Assembly: GCA_907165135.1 (NCBI GenBank)
Contig: OU015566.1
Location: 5,580,001-5,644,000, forward strand
From: Oikopleura dioica
Lineage: Eukaryota > Animalia > Chordata
Direction of reading: 5' to 3'
DNA length: 64,000 nt
Shown: piece by piece, positions 48,116 through 60,885 of the stretch
How the letters are laid out: the number at the start of each line of letters is the position of its first letter
Numbering within the stretch: the stretch's first letter is position 1
Made by a program: the position numbers and the translations under genes
Notes under the pieces: generated by a model
Database searches by the model: none
Seen by the model: only the letters and a program-made list of their open reading frames with translations
Told to the model about the DNA's origin: nothing

Positions 48116-51100
48116 TCATCCAGCAATGGTTATTTTGTGTAGCATCACGTGAGTTCTTGAAGGAATTGCTAGCCTCAGCGCTTTTACAAGTTTTTTGCTC
48201 GGATTGAGTCGTTGAAGATCGCAAAGAAGCTTTCCTTTTTCTTAAAAGTGTCATTCAACTAGAGTTTTTTGGCTGCCGGGGGATTTACCTGAACGGGGGT
48301 TTGACCTGGCAGGTAAATCCGACGCTCAGGTCAAAACCCCGTTAGGCAAATCTGACGCCAGGAAAATTCCCCGTTTTGATCAAAGTTTCATTGGGGTGGT
48401 GTCTGGAGTCGACAAAAAATCCCGACAAAAAATTTTGTCGAAATACCATAAAAAATTTCCAAATCGGGCTTCGGCTGTCGACCAGAAAATTTCGACAATT
48501 TTTTTCCGCGAAACAAAAATGAAACACAAACTGATCCCTCTTTAACCCAGTCAATCAAAAATGAAAGGGATCACAAAATGAAAATTTTGCGATTTTTCCT
48601 GTCGAAATTCCATAAAAAATTTTCAAATCGGGCTTGCGCTGTCGAAATTTTTTTGTCGATTCCAGACACCACCCCGTTTCATTCATTCTTAAAAATGATT
48701 TTAATAACAATAATTATATTCAAAATCTATCAAAAATCAAATTTTTGCCGATTTTCTAGTTTAGGATTTCTAGTTTTATGACACAGTTTAAGAAAGCCAC
48801 GTAGCTGAGCATAATTTGAACACTGTATCAAGGGGTCTGGGTCGTGCCCGAAAGGCGATTCATGGGACCGGAAGTTCCGAAATGGGTACCAGAACTCTTC
48901 ATTTGAGTCATCGGTAGGCTTGAAAAAATGCTAGTAAAATACTACTGACCTGCCATCTAGTGCCAAGGGTTAGGGTTAGGGCTAGAATAGTGAAAGGGGG
49001 CGCAAGAATGGCACACTCCACTTTGTGTCGGGGTCAAAACTTCGCACCTGGAAAGAACGAGCAGGATCTCCTGCCGAGCAAATAAGATGCAAGGGTCCGC
49101 CGACATGTGCTAACTCCTGCAGAGACTGCTCTCAGCGCAAAATCGGAGCTGCACTCGGCACGAGATGTATGAGCCATTGTCAATGGTCCATTGAGTAAAT
49201 ATGATCACAGGACAGATTGAGCTCAAGATTAGGATCAATCTCAGTCGCGGATAAGCTTCAAATATGAAAAAATTGAAGACTCAAAAATAAAAATTGGTCA
49301 ATTCTTGCCTCAAGGGGTAATCGAGGGCGTAGATTCCGATTTCGGCGTCAAAACTGACTTCAAAAGATCCCCACCACGGTTTTGGACGAAATGGTCCTCG
49401 CACGGACCAAAATTGTTAAAACCAGGGTTAAGGGTATCAAGTAAATATTTTTTAATTAATCTTACCCTACCGAATTGTCATTTTTAGCCGACCCGCAAAA
49501 ACACCTCAGGAACCCTCACCCTAACCCTAACCAAGAGTAGTCGAAGTGTAATCTAAAGATAGCTAAGCGATAGATATCTACAGTTTTATTTCTTTTTTCA
49601 AAACTTCAAGGCATTTCTGCGCGAAAGCTAATTTTTCGACTCTCGTGAGGTGTAAAATAACTAGGATGGCCACACAAAAAAATCTTATTATTCGTATCCT
49701 TAATCTTATCCTTATTTCGCCAATCGTAAGCTAAAAATTAGGCAAGATTTGTCCAACTTATATTTTTTCGCATTATTGTCAATAATTTATCGAGACTTAT
49801 ACGCGGCTGAGCTTGATCCTGATCTTGGACTCAATATGCCCTGTGATCATACACTGTACTTACTCAATGGCTCACACATCTCATGCCGAGTGCAGCTCTG
49901 ATTTTGCGCTTAGGGCAGTCTCTGCAGGAGTTAGCACATGTCGGCGGACCCTTGCATCCTATTTGCTCGGCTGGAGATCCTGCCCGTTCTTTCCAGGTGC
50001 GAAGTTTTGACCCCGACACAAATCTTCGTTTCAACCGGACGGTTTGGTCACTCCTGAGGTTTACACCGTTTTAGTTCACGAAATCCCATTTCCGGGACAA
50101 AATTAGACTTTCTAGCGACCCAAGCGGCCACTGTGATGCAGGTCAGCAGCATTTTATAAATCCATTGACGTGTTCTTGAGTCCATTTCGGAACTTCCGGT
50201 CCAATAAATTGCCTTGCATGAGACTCCTTCATATTGTGCCAAAATGAAAGCTCAACTTCTTAGCTTTCTAAAGCTGTATCATAAGACCCCTAAGCATCGC
50301 TAGAAAAATCGATTATCTAACAACCCTAAAATAATTAATTTTCTAAATAATTAATTGAATCAAAGTCAAGTTGAAGCGTTACATTTTTTCGTTAGAAAAA
50401 CGGCGCTTTTACCTGAACGGGGATTTGACCTGAGCGTTGAATTTACCTGTCAGGTCAAACCCCCGTTTAGGTAAATCCGACGCCAGGTCAAACCCCCGTT
50501 CAGGTAAATCCGCCGGCAGCCGAGTTTTTTTGTATAAAAATACCTTGTTTATCATGAAAACAAGCTTTTCCCGGCGGATTATTTGTCCAACTGGTCTGTT
50601 CGCTTGAGGTTATCATGTCAATTTTAATATCAGCTGGAATAATCTGATGAAAATCAATGGTTCCAGAGGTAATAACGAGATTTTGCGGGGACTGAAGATG
50701 GCTGAAGTGAAATTCTATCGTGGTGTCTTTTTGAGAAGCTTGGAGAAAAAGACCTCTCTTCCCATAATAAAATTCGAGAACATCCTTTTTGTTCAAGTTA
50801 GTCACAATTTTTCCCGCCTCAATCGTCGGATTCAAGTCGCCCAAGTGCGAAATTTTCCCCTGAAGGGATGAAACGCGCCCCACGTGATGAAGAAAGTTCT
50901 TTCCGTGAACTGGAACTGCAACTTTGTCCACAAGCGATTTGCATCTCTCCGCGTCGTATGAGGGCAGACAAGCTTTCATTTTCACGAACGCCCAGTAGAT
51001 CACGTCGATTGGTTTGATTCGATAGAAAAGCTTCGTATAAGTGATGAGATCATGAAGACTAGTTTTTCTGAAGAGCTTTCCAATAAAGCCCATTTCGGAG

Positions 51101-51734
51101 AACTCAAGTGAGACCCAATCTGGGTCGTCTTTTCTCTGCTGGATTTGCATCATCAGAAATTGGAAGAATCCACGGTCGATGACCAGATCATCCTCAAGCT
51201 GAAGAAAGTAGTCGTACTCGAGGCCAATGTTCCACATGAAAAGATAGTCCAGGCATTGCCGGGTTCTCCAGACGATGCGATCGTCTGAATCTCCCCAGTT
51301 GTGCTTGATGTCGACAAGATCGGATCCGTAGTAGTCAGAGGGAGCAACCACGATCTTTGTTGTTTCCGATTCGTATTTATCCACGAGCTCGGCATAGTAC
51401 TCTTCATCATTGGCTACAGAATAAGTAAAACTTGTTTTCATATTGGGAGTACCTCCGACATAAAGTAGAACTTTGATGTCAATAACGTTTGAAAAATTTT
51501 CTGTAAAGTGATTAAGGTCATTCAGTAAATACTGCATTGTATCGCTGAGATATTCTTCTCCGTGTCTCTTGATTGTTGGAATCCCGATCAGCAACGTTGG
51601 GACTTCAAGTTCTTCCGAAGAGACGTTTGAATCTTCTGGCAGCAAGGGCCCATGCTTGTTATTTAACAATTTTATCAGCAAGAAAGCTGCGAAAATTCCG
51701 ACAAGAAAAACCCTCGAGTAATCGAAGATTTAAG
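48116..51734 (-). CDS. MGAT4: MGAT4-like GlcNAc-transferase (GT54), paralog 2
   Basis: TM VFLVGIFAAFLL, IGIPTIKR, WRTRQCLDY, FLQLEDD, LEFSEMGFIGKLF, KPIDV, HVGRVSSLQGK; last exon 48240-48116 (EKGKLLCDL...HVMLHKITIAG*) follows a 2303-nt intron. Confidence 0.88.
48271..50521. mobile_element. Mutator-like non-autonomous element filling the last intron of MGAT4 paralog 2
   Basis: TIR GGCTGCCGG.GGATTTACCTGAACGGGGGTTTGACC; perfect 9-bp TSD GAGTTTTTT; inner inverted-repeat pairs ~48750/50310 and 49022/50022. Confidence 0.88.
48393..48675. mobile_element. Nested MITE of the GGGGTGG-TIR family
   Basis: TIR GGGGTGGTGTCTGGA(G/A)TCGACAAAAAA. Confidence 0.8.
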
Positions 51735-51994
51735 CATAAATCTCCGGCAAAGTAAGAATATTTCTCTCAATAGCTAAAGATTGCATTCTGATCAACGTCA
51801 ATAAAATTTTAACAATCGGAGAAAAAGTCACTGAATATTTTCTGCAAGGCAAAGCAGCGCCTTTTGAAAACTGGATCAAATAGCCGAAACGAAGAAATCG
51901 GAAGAATACCACCAGTACGCGCACTTTATTGTTAGAAATATAGTTTTTGTTAGGAGAATGTAAGGGTAACGAGAGATTATTAGTTCATAAGAAA

Positions 51995-53055
51995 TCAACA
52001 ACCGCCAATAGCAGTGAGGAGATTGTCCATGCAGCATTCTTGGGTGTCAGCATCGTAAAGTGTTGATCCGCAACACTGTCTTCCAGTACCGTTCTTGTTC
52101 ATTTTGTATGGATGGCTACATAACAAAATAAATAAAATAAAAGGCAAGATACTACCGATTCATTCCGGATCCGCAGCATTTTTCTTCAGTTTCTTCCTTG
52201 TCGATCTTAATCCGTTTATCTGGATTTTGATGACTACATTGAGATCTACTGAAGCCTCCAAGTTGTTGACTGTGCTCGATTTTCCAGCCATCATCACTAT
52301 TTTCCGCCTCTCTAAGTCGGAGGGTGAACGCCTTGTCGCACTCACAGATTTGTCTTTTACAGGTTCCTTTTGCATCTCCTTATAAGATTATTAGAGTTTA
52401 GACTGAAATGATACTCTTACGGCATTGGATCTCATTATTAAGCTTGTTGACTTTAAATTTGTATTTCGTCTCTGGTTTGCATTCGGCTCCATGGTCCATT
52501 TCGGCGCATCTGTAGCATTGTTTTTGACGCTTGCAAACTCTGTCCACATTGTCTTGCTTAAGGTTAGGGTAGGCAAATGCACAGAGTCTCCAAAATCTTC
52601 GTATAAGAAAAACGAAAGTTATTGATTACAGAAAACGCTGAGCATTTGCCGAACCTAAACGGAACGCCCATCCCTTTTTGAAGCGGAAAATTTCCCATCT
52701 GGAAACACCAGCATCCGTATTGCCAGAATTTCTGGAGCGGATCTTCTGACTTTCCCCTCTTTTCGAACTCTATCACCATGGTGTCGATGTTATCATGTAC
52801 TAATTCACAGTTGTAAATCGTCTGGAACAAATAAAAATTGATTACCAATTCCCCTTATACGTTCCGATTTATAACTTGTCCTGGTTTATCACGCAAATTC
52901 GGTATATCAGAATCAAACATGTCTGATATTTCGTAGTAACCTCTGAAAACTTCCGTAGTACTAACTTCAGAGGCTGGCGTCGTCTCAAGAGATCGACGAT
53001 GACGTGAGAAAGTTGCGAAGGTGGTTGAAATCATCGCAACGAAAAAACGAATCAT
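51995..53055 (-). CDS. Secreted PLA2-like protein with a Cys-rich (CCG...CC) tail
   Basis: Signal peptide, RHRR, QYGCWCF, DNVDRVCKRQKQCYRCA, CKRQICECDKAF, CCGSG...QCCGSTLYDADTQECC; no catalytic His-Asp. Confidence 0.85.
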
Positions 53056-53608
53056 CTTACTTTTTTATCAAAAGTGCGAACTTCTGTGTTTATTCGCCCA
53101 CTTTATAGAACTCGTGGCTAATACAGGATTAACGAAAATAAGACTCAAAAAGTATCAACAGATTACTGTTGGTTCTATTCTTACGCTGACCGGAGCGTAT
53201 TTGACCAGGAAACTTGTCGATTCAGGTTCGAGTCATCGTCTATTATTACAGGGTTCCTAACTGCACAACCGGATACTCCGCGTGGTCCGACACTTGTCCC
53301 TCCAGCCCGCTAAAGTTGCTGTAATAGATCCCACCTGCAATGTCAGTCCTGCAACAAAGAAACAAATTTGACGATTTTCTTCAAAGTTGTATCGAAAGAA
53401 AACAGTCCGCGTTTGTACTGTCCGTATTGTGAAAAATTTTATTAGAAGCTGGCGAAAGTAGAAAAGAATAATAACGAAAGAAATGAAGAAATCGAAGGCC
53501 AGATGAAACGAACTGATAGTGGGAACTTTTCGGGATTCTCTTTTTTACAAATATTGCAGAAGATAGAAGAGGGATGAACGTTTTCTGTTGTTGATTGCAC
53601 ATGTTTGC

Positions 53609-56600
53609 TCATGATGGCGGCGGGGCATTGGCTACTCCTGCAGAACCCTAGTAAATCAACGGTAAATGAGCGAAAAAGGCGATATTCGAACCTGTGTCAG
53701 ATAACCAGCATGGGCGGTACCGGATTGAATCGCCAGAACTGGCCTGTCTTCAATAAATAAGTCGTGTCTCTGGGAAGAATAGGATTTCCAGATTTCAGAC
53801 TCGTCGAGGATTTCAGCGACCTAAATTTCTTTCTTTCTCTGGTTCAACTTTTCATTTTACCTGCGGCCCATATTCAGGACATTCCATGAAGGCCTTCAAA
53901 ATCTTGACAATCTGCGCTTTTGACGACTTATTCACGCGATTCAGAGACAATTCCTAAAGCGACTGTAAATTTAGAAAATTATCGAAAAGGTAACCTCGAG
54001 GAGAGCTTTGACGAACTCGCCATCGTTTGAGATCGCCTGGGCTGTAAGGTTTGAATTACTGTGGTTCGTAGCTCGGAATATCGTTTCGAACGCTATCATC
54101 GCCATTTGATCGTCAATAAGACATCGCTAGAATCACATTACCATCTAATCAATTTGCCATGGCTACCTTGAGAGCTCTGAGCGAGCCTTGAATCTCGCCG
54201 ATTTGTCCAACGCAACTTGATTCCATGCACAAAGCGTTGAGTAAAAGAAGAATAGGTCTTAAATATTGCGTTTCTCCGAGTCGCTTTATCAAAGTCGGTA
54301 GAATTCCCATGCCAGGAACTACAAAAATCATCAGCAAAAGCGATCAAGAGTAAGGCCCTACCGAGTTTTGAAAGATTAATTTGAGTAGTGAAAAGACCGC
54401 AGCCAGCTTCGGAAAGTTGATCGAGCTCGTTTTGATCGACATTTCCGTTCGTTGGTTCTGTCAGATCCGTGATTCTGTCGAACAGCTGCGTGATGAATTC
54501 TTTCGGCCTTCTCAACTGCCAACCAGGGTTTTGAAGCAGGAGTCGGATATAAACACCACCAAGGATAAACTCCTTGTTTGGAAGGAACGATTCAGTTGGG
54601 GGTTTCCAGTCGATCTCGGGGTTCTTTGCTTGTTGCTGCGAAAGATCTCTGGCACTGCGTTCCAAATAAAGAGAAGTCTGCTGACGGGTCTCTTCGCTCC
54701 AGATCAATTCGGGGTTTTCGTGAATTCCTTCGTAAAGCGCTACCGAGGCTTCGGCATTGTCGGCCATGGCATCGGCAAAAATTGGTGGAAGAAGCTTTGA
54801 AAGAGAAATTCGAACGCGCGGGCCGGATAGTCGATCAGATATTGCCTGATTAAAATTGATAACAAGAATAATTTTAGTCGAATTCAAACCTTAGCGAGCA
54901 AAGCAGCAGCTTCTTTCCTCACAGCTGGCTCGGTGCTATTCGCAAACAAGTTTGTCGTGTACAAAACACCTCCAGTTGGAATAAATTGTTTCACTATTTC
55001 TGGATGTGAGCTCAGCGCGCTCAGGACTTGAAGGAAGAATTGGTGCTCTTGAGCAGTCAACCTTTCGACAACGAGCAAAATTGAGCTGAGAAGACGTTGT
55101 TGCGCGATAGCAAGGACGACTTCTTGGACCGAAGCGACGATTCCGAAAATTCGAAGGGTGTTCAGCTGGATCTCGCTTGTCGTGTGATCGTTAACGAAGA
55201 AGCTGCTGAGGAGACGGAGGCTGTTTACGCATTGCAAGGAATAGGGCTGATTCGCGGAGAGAACATGGAAGACTGAGCTCAGGGCCATTGAGGTTTGATT
55301 AAGTCGAGTTGGATCAACAGTTCCGTCGACTCCGATCGAGGCGAAATATTGAGCTTGATTACCAAGATAGTCAAGAAGCGATTTCAGATAGCCCTCGGGA
55401 TCAGGAAGTTGGAATTGCGGCTGTTCGTTGAAAACGCGGACGAAAACGCCTTTTTGAAAATAGAAATTATTCTTTTCTAATGAGAAACTTACCATGAACA
55501 ATGAGCTCTTCTGAATGTGCTGAGATCTTGAAATTCGCCATCCTCGATAAATCAACTTCGCTTGCATCTCTCAGTGCTGTTTCCCGCTCTTTCTCCAAAA
55601 AGTCCGCGAGTTCGTTTCTCGCCATTCCTTCCCAAATAAGAAGCGGTGTTTCTGAGTTCGTTGTGAACAGCTTCAACATCAGCGCGAGATCTCCTTGCTC
55701 CATTAGACTGACGAGGTAGGAAGTCATGCAGCAATCCAGGCAGCGGCGGATATCCGCGTCTGTTTTTAGAGTTGGCAAAAGACCGGCGAGGACGATGATC
55801 GCATGGAGAGCTTGCTTTGCAAGTTTGTTTTTCTGCTCTTGTTTGTTGCTCTCCATGTCTTTTTCGATCCCGGCTTCTTCTAACGTGTAGTCGTATTCGA
55901 ACAGATACTCCATCAAAATCGGTAGCACGCCTTGATTGATCATCGATTTACGAAGCTCTGGAATCATTCCAAACGCAGCTACAGCTTCTACAGCCGCAAG
56001 TTGAAGTTGTACAAGGTGTGAGCAGAGAAGCCTGATGATATCTTCCAATAAGCTCTCTGGTTCTTCCGTCAGGCTTGCAACGCAAGATGGGAATTGCGCA
56101 GACATCGTCAGTGTCCTGCAGACAAAGAGACAGACCTTTGCGTCCAAGTCAGTGGCTTCGGAAGATTTTGAAAGGGTTCCCATGCAACGATTGAGCGATC
56201 TTCGCAACTCAAACAAGCCCTTTTCCCGATTCAACTCTTCAGCATTCAATGCCGAGCAGCAAACGGTGTAATACGCTAGCTCGACCGAAGGCGATAGAAG
56301 TTCCGCATCTACCTTTGAATAAAGCTGTTCGTCGTCAGTTTCAGACTTGACAGTTTCAACCAGCATCGGATAGCCGGCGTACTTGTACGGCTCGAGCTCA
56401 GAGCGATAGTTTTCGAACAGAATGGCTTGGGCCTTGATGAGTAAGCGGATGTTGACAGGGTTAGGCCCGTCGACTTCATCTGATTTGGCAGCAAGTTGCT
56501 CGTACGCTTGGTTCACTGCTTGGAACATTTCCTTGCCCTCTGGATTTTTATCCGGATGGTACTTTTGTGCCATTTTGAAATAGGCCTTTCGCACTTTTGG

Positions 56601-59600
56601 TTCCGAAAACGGCCCAGCAGCAGGGTCAAGTCCTAAAGTTCGCAGAGCATCATCTTCTGACAGTCCACCAGGTTCCTTGTTCAACTCGGCTCGCCAGTTA
56701 TTAAGGGTGTCTTTCAATAAACGCACAGGGTCGCGAATCGGCCACTTTGGAAATTTTTGTGTGTTCGTAAGATGGCGCAGGTAGTAATAGCCACAGAAGA
56801 GTTCTTTCTCTAAGCTTGGGTAGATAATTTGAGGAAGTGGAATGTATTGGTAAATGGCACGGGTATTGGCGCGCAGTCGGGGCGAAAAATCTGCCACATG
56901 CGCCGCTATCTTTTCGATCGCTAGAAAAATGATTAGTTTTAAAATTTATGAAGAAATTCTACCTTGGCGTCTCATTTCAGAGTTCCAAATAGCTTCAGGT
57001 GTGTCGAACTCGCCAAGGAAAATTTCAGAGAACTTCTCGACCGAATGGTTTTCAAGATAGTGGATCATCGCTTCAGGAAGAATTTGACCGAGGATGGAGC
57101 GGGACTTCAACGAGTTGGACATGATTTCTTCTGATTTGAAACTTTGCAAGAGATGGGTCATTTTGAGGAAGACTGCGATTGGAAGAACGTTGTTGCCAGT
57201 GTACATGATGATGAAGTAGAAAACGCCGGTGAGGTACAATCGGGGCATGAGAGGCGAGTCGACCAAGATAAGCGGTAGCAGCTTGGCTACTTTTTCAACC
57301 AAAGTGACGTCGAATGTCAAGAGGAGTTGGACAAGGTGTGGCAAAGCGTCGGACATGCAAAGAAGCTGCTTGACTCGTGGTGGTGGACGAATAAGTTGCC
57401 CATTCGTGCCTCGCGCCGGATATTGCTCGCACATTTTTGTGAAAATGTTCAAAATCGTCGCGCTGAGCTCCGATTCCGACAAGATCGGCTCGCCCTCGCC
57501 CAAGAGCGTCCATTTTAGCTGAGGGACCTCAACGAAGCATCTCCAGCCGTCCATGCCTTGTGCCCAAACTTTGGTTCGTTCAGTAATGTCGCCTTCTTCA
57601 TAAAGTCGTTTCATCTCGCTCGAGCTAATGGGCCCTGTTCGATCCTTTTCTGCAGTTGAACCCTTGGCCGACCCGTAGTACCACTCTTTTTCCTCCAGTT
57701 CTGCTTCGAGCTCTTCACCAGCGATGATGGCATTCCGCTGAAGCACAGTCGTCTTTGGCCTGTTTTTCTGCAAGTGAGCGAGCGTTACCAAATCTATCAG
57801 CAGTTTTACTCCACCAGCGTTAATCACTAGCTTCACATTATCCCGATAGAGCATCAGTTTTTCAATGAACATGACGAATCGATCTCGTTCCGCTTTATTC
57901 TTCGTTGTCTCCAAAAGCTTGACAATGTAACCAGCATCTTCGAACAGGCCGATTTCTTCATAACAGCGCTCGTATACGATCGCCATTGCGTGAAGGCACT
58001 GTACTTTCATACTCGAAGAAGTGGTGAGCAAAAACCGGTGATAAAGCTGGGAGAAGAACGCTGGAGACTGATGGATAGTAAGTCCGGATTGTTTGCCATC
58101 CATGTCCAGTAAAACACGGAGGTAGTAATCGCCGACCTTGACCTCTGAAGCTAGCGAGTTGAACATCACCTCAAACTCGGCATAATTCCAAGCTGCGTCT
58201 TCGTTACCGATAACTGCCACGGCGTCTGTAAAGGTTCTGATTTCGTTCTCAAGTGTCACTCGTAGTTCTTCTCGTGTTTTGTAGTTCCAAATTAAATCGG
58301 GCTTTTGATGATCTTTGTAACACTGATAATAAAGCAAGTTCCAGTTCTCCTTGATTTTCGTATTTTCACGGCGGCGGCGGAGGACGATCGGTTTCGGTTG
58401 TGATGCTTGTACTTCTTCGGGCGGCTTGGATCTGTTTTGGATACCTCGCCAGTGAGCTAGAAGCGCTTTTGTCTGTTTTTCACGGCTCTTTCGACCTCCA
58501 AAAGTTGTGTTTCAACCGCCGAGATTTCACTCATTTTTGTCGCAACTTTCAAATTGTCTCGATCGAGCATTTCACCTTCATCAGTCAAAACGACGGACTC
58601 GCTTGATTCCAGACAGCGTAGAAGGCCGGCTGGGAGAATTTGTCTAAGAAGCTTTTGCGTTGGCCCAAAGTTCGTCGCCCAAAGAGCGATTAAACGTCGA
58701 GAAAGACCTCGATTAGCAGCGGCACGAGTCCCAACAGAAAAGAGCGCAGAATGAGTGTGGATCAAAAACGCGCCTTCATCGATCGCAAGAGTTTGCAAGT
58801 TCTTGACGACTTCTGGAGACCCCTCTTCAATCATCGCTTGCATCAGGAGACCAGCTGACTTTTGAATAGCCAAACTTGGGTGTTGAAAGAGCTTGAAGAA
58901 CGATCTGCCCAAGCCGGCGATGGAAGTGAGCATCCAGTCGAAATTCTCGCCCGCTGTCGTTTCAGAAAAGGGAGGGCAAATGACGAATGTGAATAAATCC
59001 AGCAAAGCAGAAATGATCAAAGCGCCAGAGTTTTTGTCACAATGAGATTTCAACTTCCCGAGAAGGAGTTCCAGAAACTTTTGCGAAGACAACAAGGAGA
59101 TTTTGTTCAACTGTTCTTGTCGCAAATCAGCATTGTCATGCATCGGGCACATAAGTGCAGCAAGAGAATCAACAGCTGCACAAAGGACAGCATCATCATC
59201 TGCTTTTAGCGCTTCCACAACACCGGCTCCGAGGGAATCTCTAAAACGCGCGAGTGTTGTGAACGCAGAGAAACCAGCTTTTGAGCTGACCAATCTTCTC
59301 AAAGCGAAAAACTTGGCTTCTGGGTCCTTTACTTTCGCGGAGAGAAGGGCAGAAATCGCCATTTCGATTAGTTTTTCTTTATTTTGCGCAAAGAGACGCT
59401 CTTGACTAACGGCAAAGGCCAATCCGGATGCTGAAACATTCGCGTTGAATCTCAGGACTGCATCGTCTACGTCGTTGCCTCCTGTTCCGAGGAATTTGAG
59501 AAGAAGGGTTTCAATATCTTCATCAGGGCCAGCATAGAGAGGTGCCCATCGCATGTGTGGATCTCCTGGCGAGCTTTTGACGCAAACATCGCGATTTCCA

Positions 59601-60553
59601 GATCCACGGACAGAGTCCAACAACGTTGCTAGAAGAGAATCACGCTCGGGAGAAAGATAACAGTTTTGTCTTCTATTGTCGAACTCGATGATAAACTGTT
59701 GGGGATTTGCTTTCGATCTGGCAATTCCAGCGATGCGCTGAAGTGAGCGAAGAGAAGCAATAGAATAAGTGGCTGGATCTCGCTCGATAAGGCAGTTTTC
59801 CGTGAGGCAGAGAGCGCGACGCGTGCTTGGACGACCATCCGGCCGGGTTTTTGTTACGTTGAACTCAACGTATGAAGTAAGAGCTTCATCAGTCGAGAAG
59901 TCGCCCATTCGTCGCGAATGAAAGTCGACAGATGAGATTCCTGGCTTTATTCTTTTCAAGCCGATGCAGAGATTTGCCGCTGCTGCTTCTTGACAAGCTT
60001 GGATAATTTCATTCCTTTGATTCGAGCCAAGAAGGTAGAGCCGTTTGTGCTCTTCGTAAACAACCACGAAGCCGCCATTGACATCGGTGACTTCTGTGAA
60101 TCCTTGTATTAGGCGATAGTCGAATCGGTGCTTGATCTGTCCTGTTTTGAGAACGACGTACATACTGGCAGGGCCAACGATGACTGTACAATGGTCAACG
60201 CTCTCGTCCCACTTGTGCTTCACAGCGTTGAATCTCGCCACATTTGCGAGACCGGCCATTTTCTCATAAAACTGCATCGCCTCTGTCATCAACTCGTCTC
60301 GATGCTCAGTCGAGAACTTCATCGTCTCCACTTTTCCCTTTTTCTTGATGTGGATAAGGAACTCGCTTTGGGAGCGCGACTTTGAATCGAGACTGATTGT
60401 ATTGAGCTCGTCCCATCCCCAAGCGTTCGTATCTTCATGTGGGGCGGATGGGTTGAAAGTTTTCAAACCTTTCTTGGTAATCGCAAAGAGCCGCTTGTAT
60501 TTGCCACGCCAGCTGTGCTTCGTGACATAATAAACAGCCTGTGTTTCACTCAT
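53609..60553 (-). CDS. DNAJC13: RME-8 / DNAJC13 endosomal J-domain protein
   Basis: YYVTKHSWRGKYKR start, IWN repeats, GYF-like WAQGMDGW, J-domain with HPD (KYHPDKNPEG), QRHDLFI end; one frame break at ~58467-58480. Confidence 0.97.
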
Positions 60554-60600
60554 TTTCTTTATTTTTCGTACTCAAGTCATTTTTTTCTATCTGAAAATAA
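60554..60600 (-). promoter_or_regulatory. Candidate trans-splice acceptor upstream of RME-8
   Basis: ttattttcag lies ~37 nt upstream of the ATG in the short TRIP12-RME-8 spacer; a cis-spliced 5' UTR exon is not excluded. Confidence 0.4.
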
Positions 60601-60885
60601 ATTTATAGTAGATTTTGAGGCGTAAGAGCAGCTCTGAGTGCAGTTTTACAAGAATAAGGATAATAATAATGGTCGCAGAAAAACAGGTTTCCTTTCAAGT
60701 GAGGGTGTATCCATCAGAGTTATTAAAAAAAGGTTAAAATAATAATACGATCTTGTCTTTTTTCCAGTTGTTTTCTTTTCAATAAGTGGCGTTGAGTGTG
60801 TTGGGTGTCTTTTTTTATTACATATTTTCGTTGCTTATTCCAATGATAATTGAAGTGAGTCATAGGTACTGTCGTCTTCTCTCGT

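Noticed and set aside
53160-53602. Small gene between RME-8 and the PLA2-like gene
   Set aside because: An exon-like piece exists (TDIAGGIYYSNFSGLEGQ), but I could not build a start and a consistent frame
54381-60625. Many plus-strand and alternate-frame ORFs over RME-8 (also over TRIP12, the esterase and MGAT4)
   Set aside because: Shadow ORFs of long coding exons with no independent motifs
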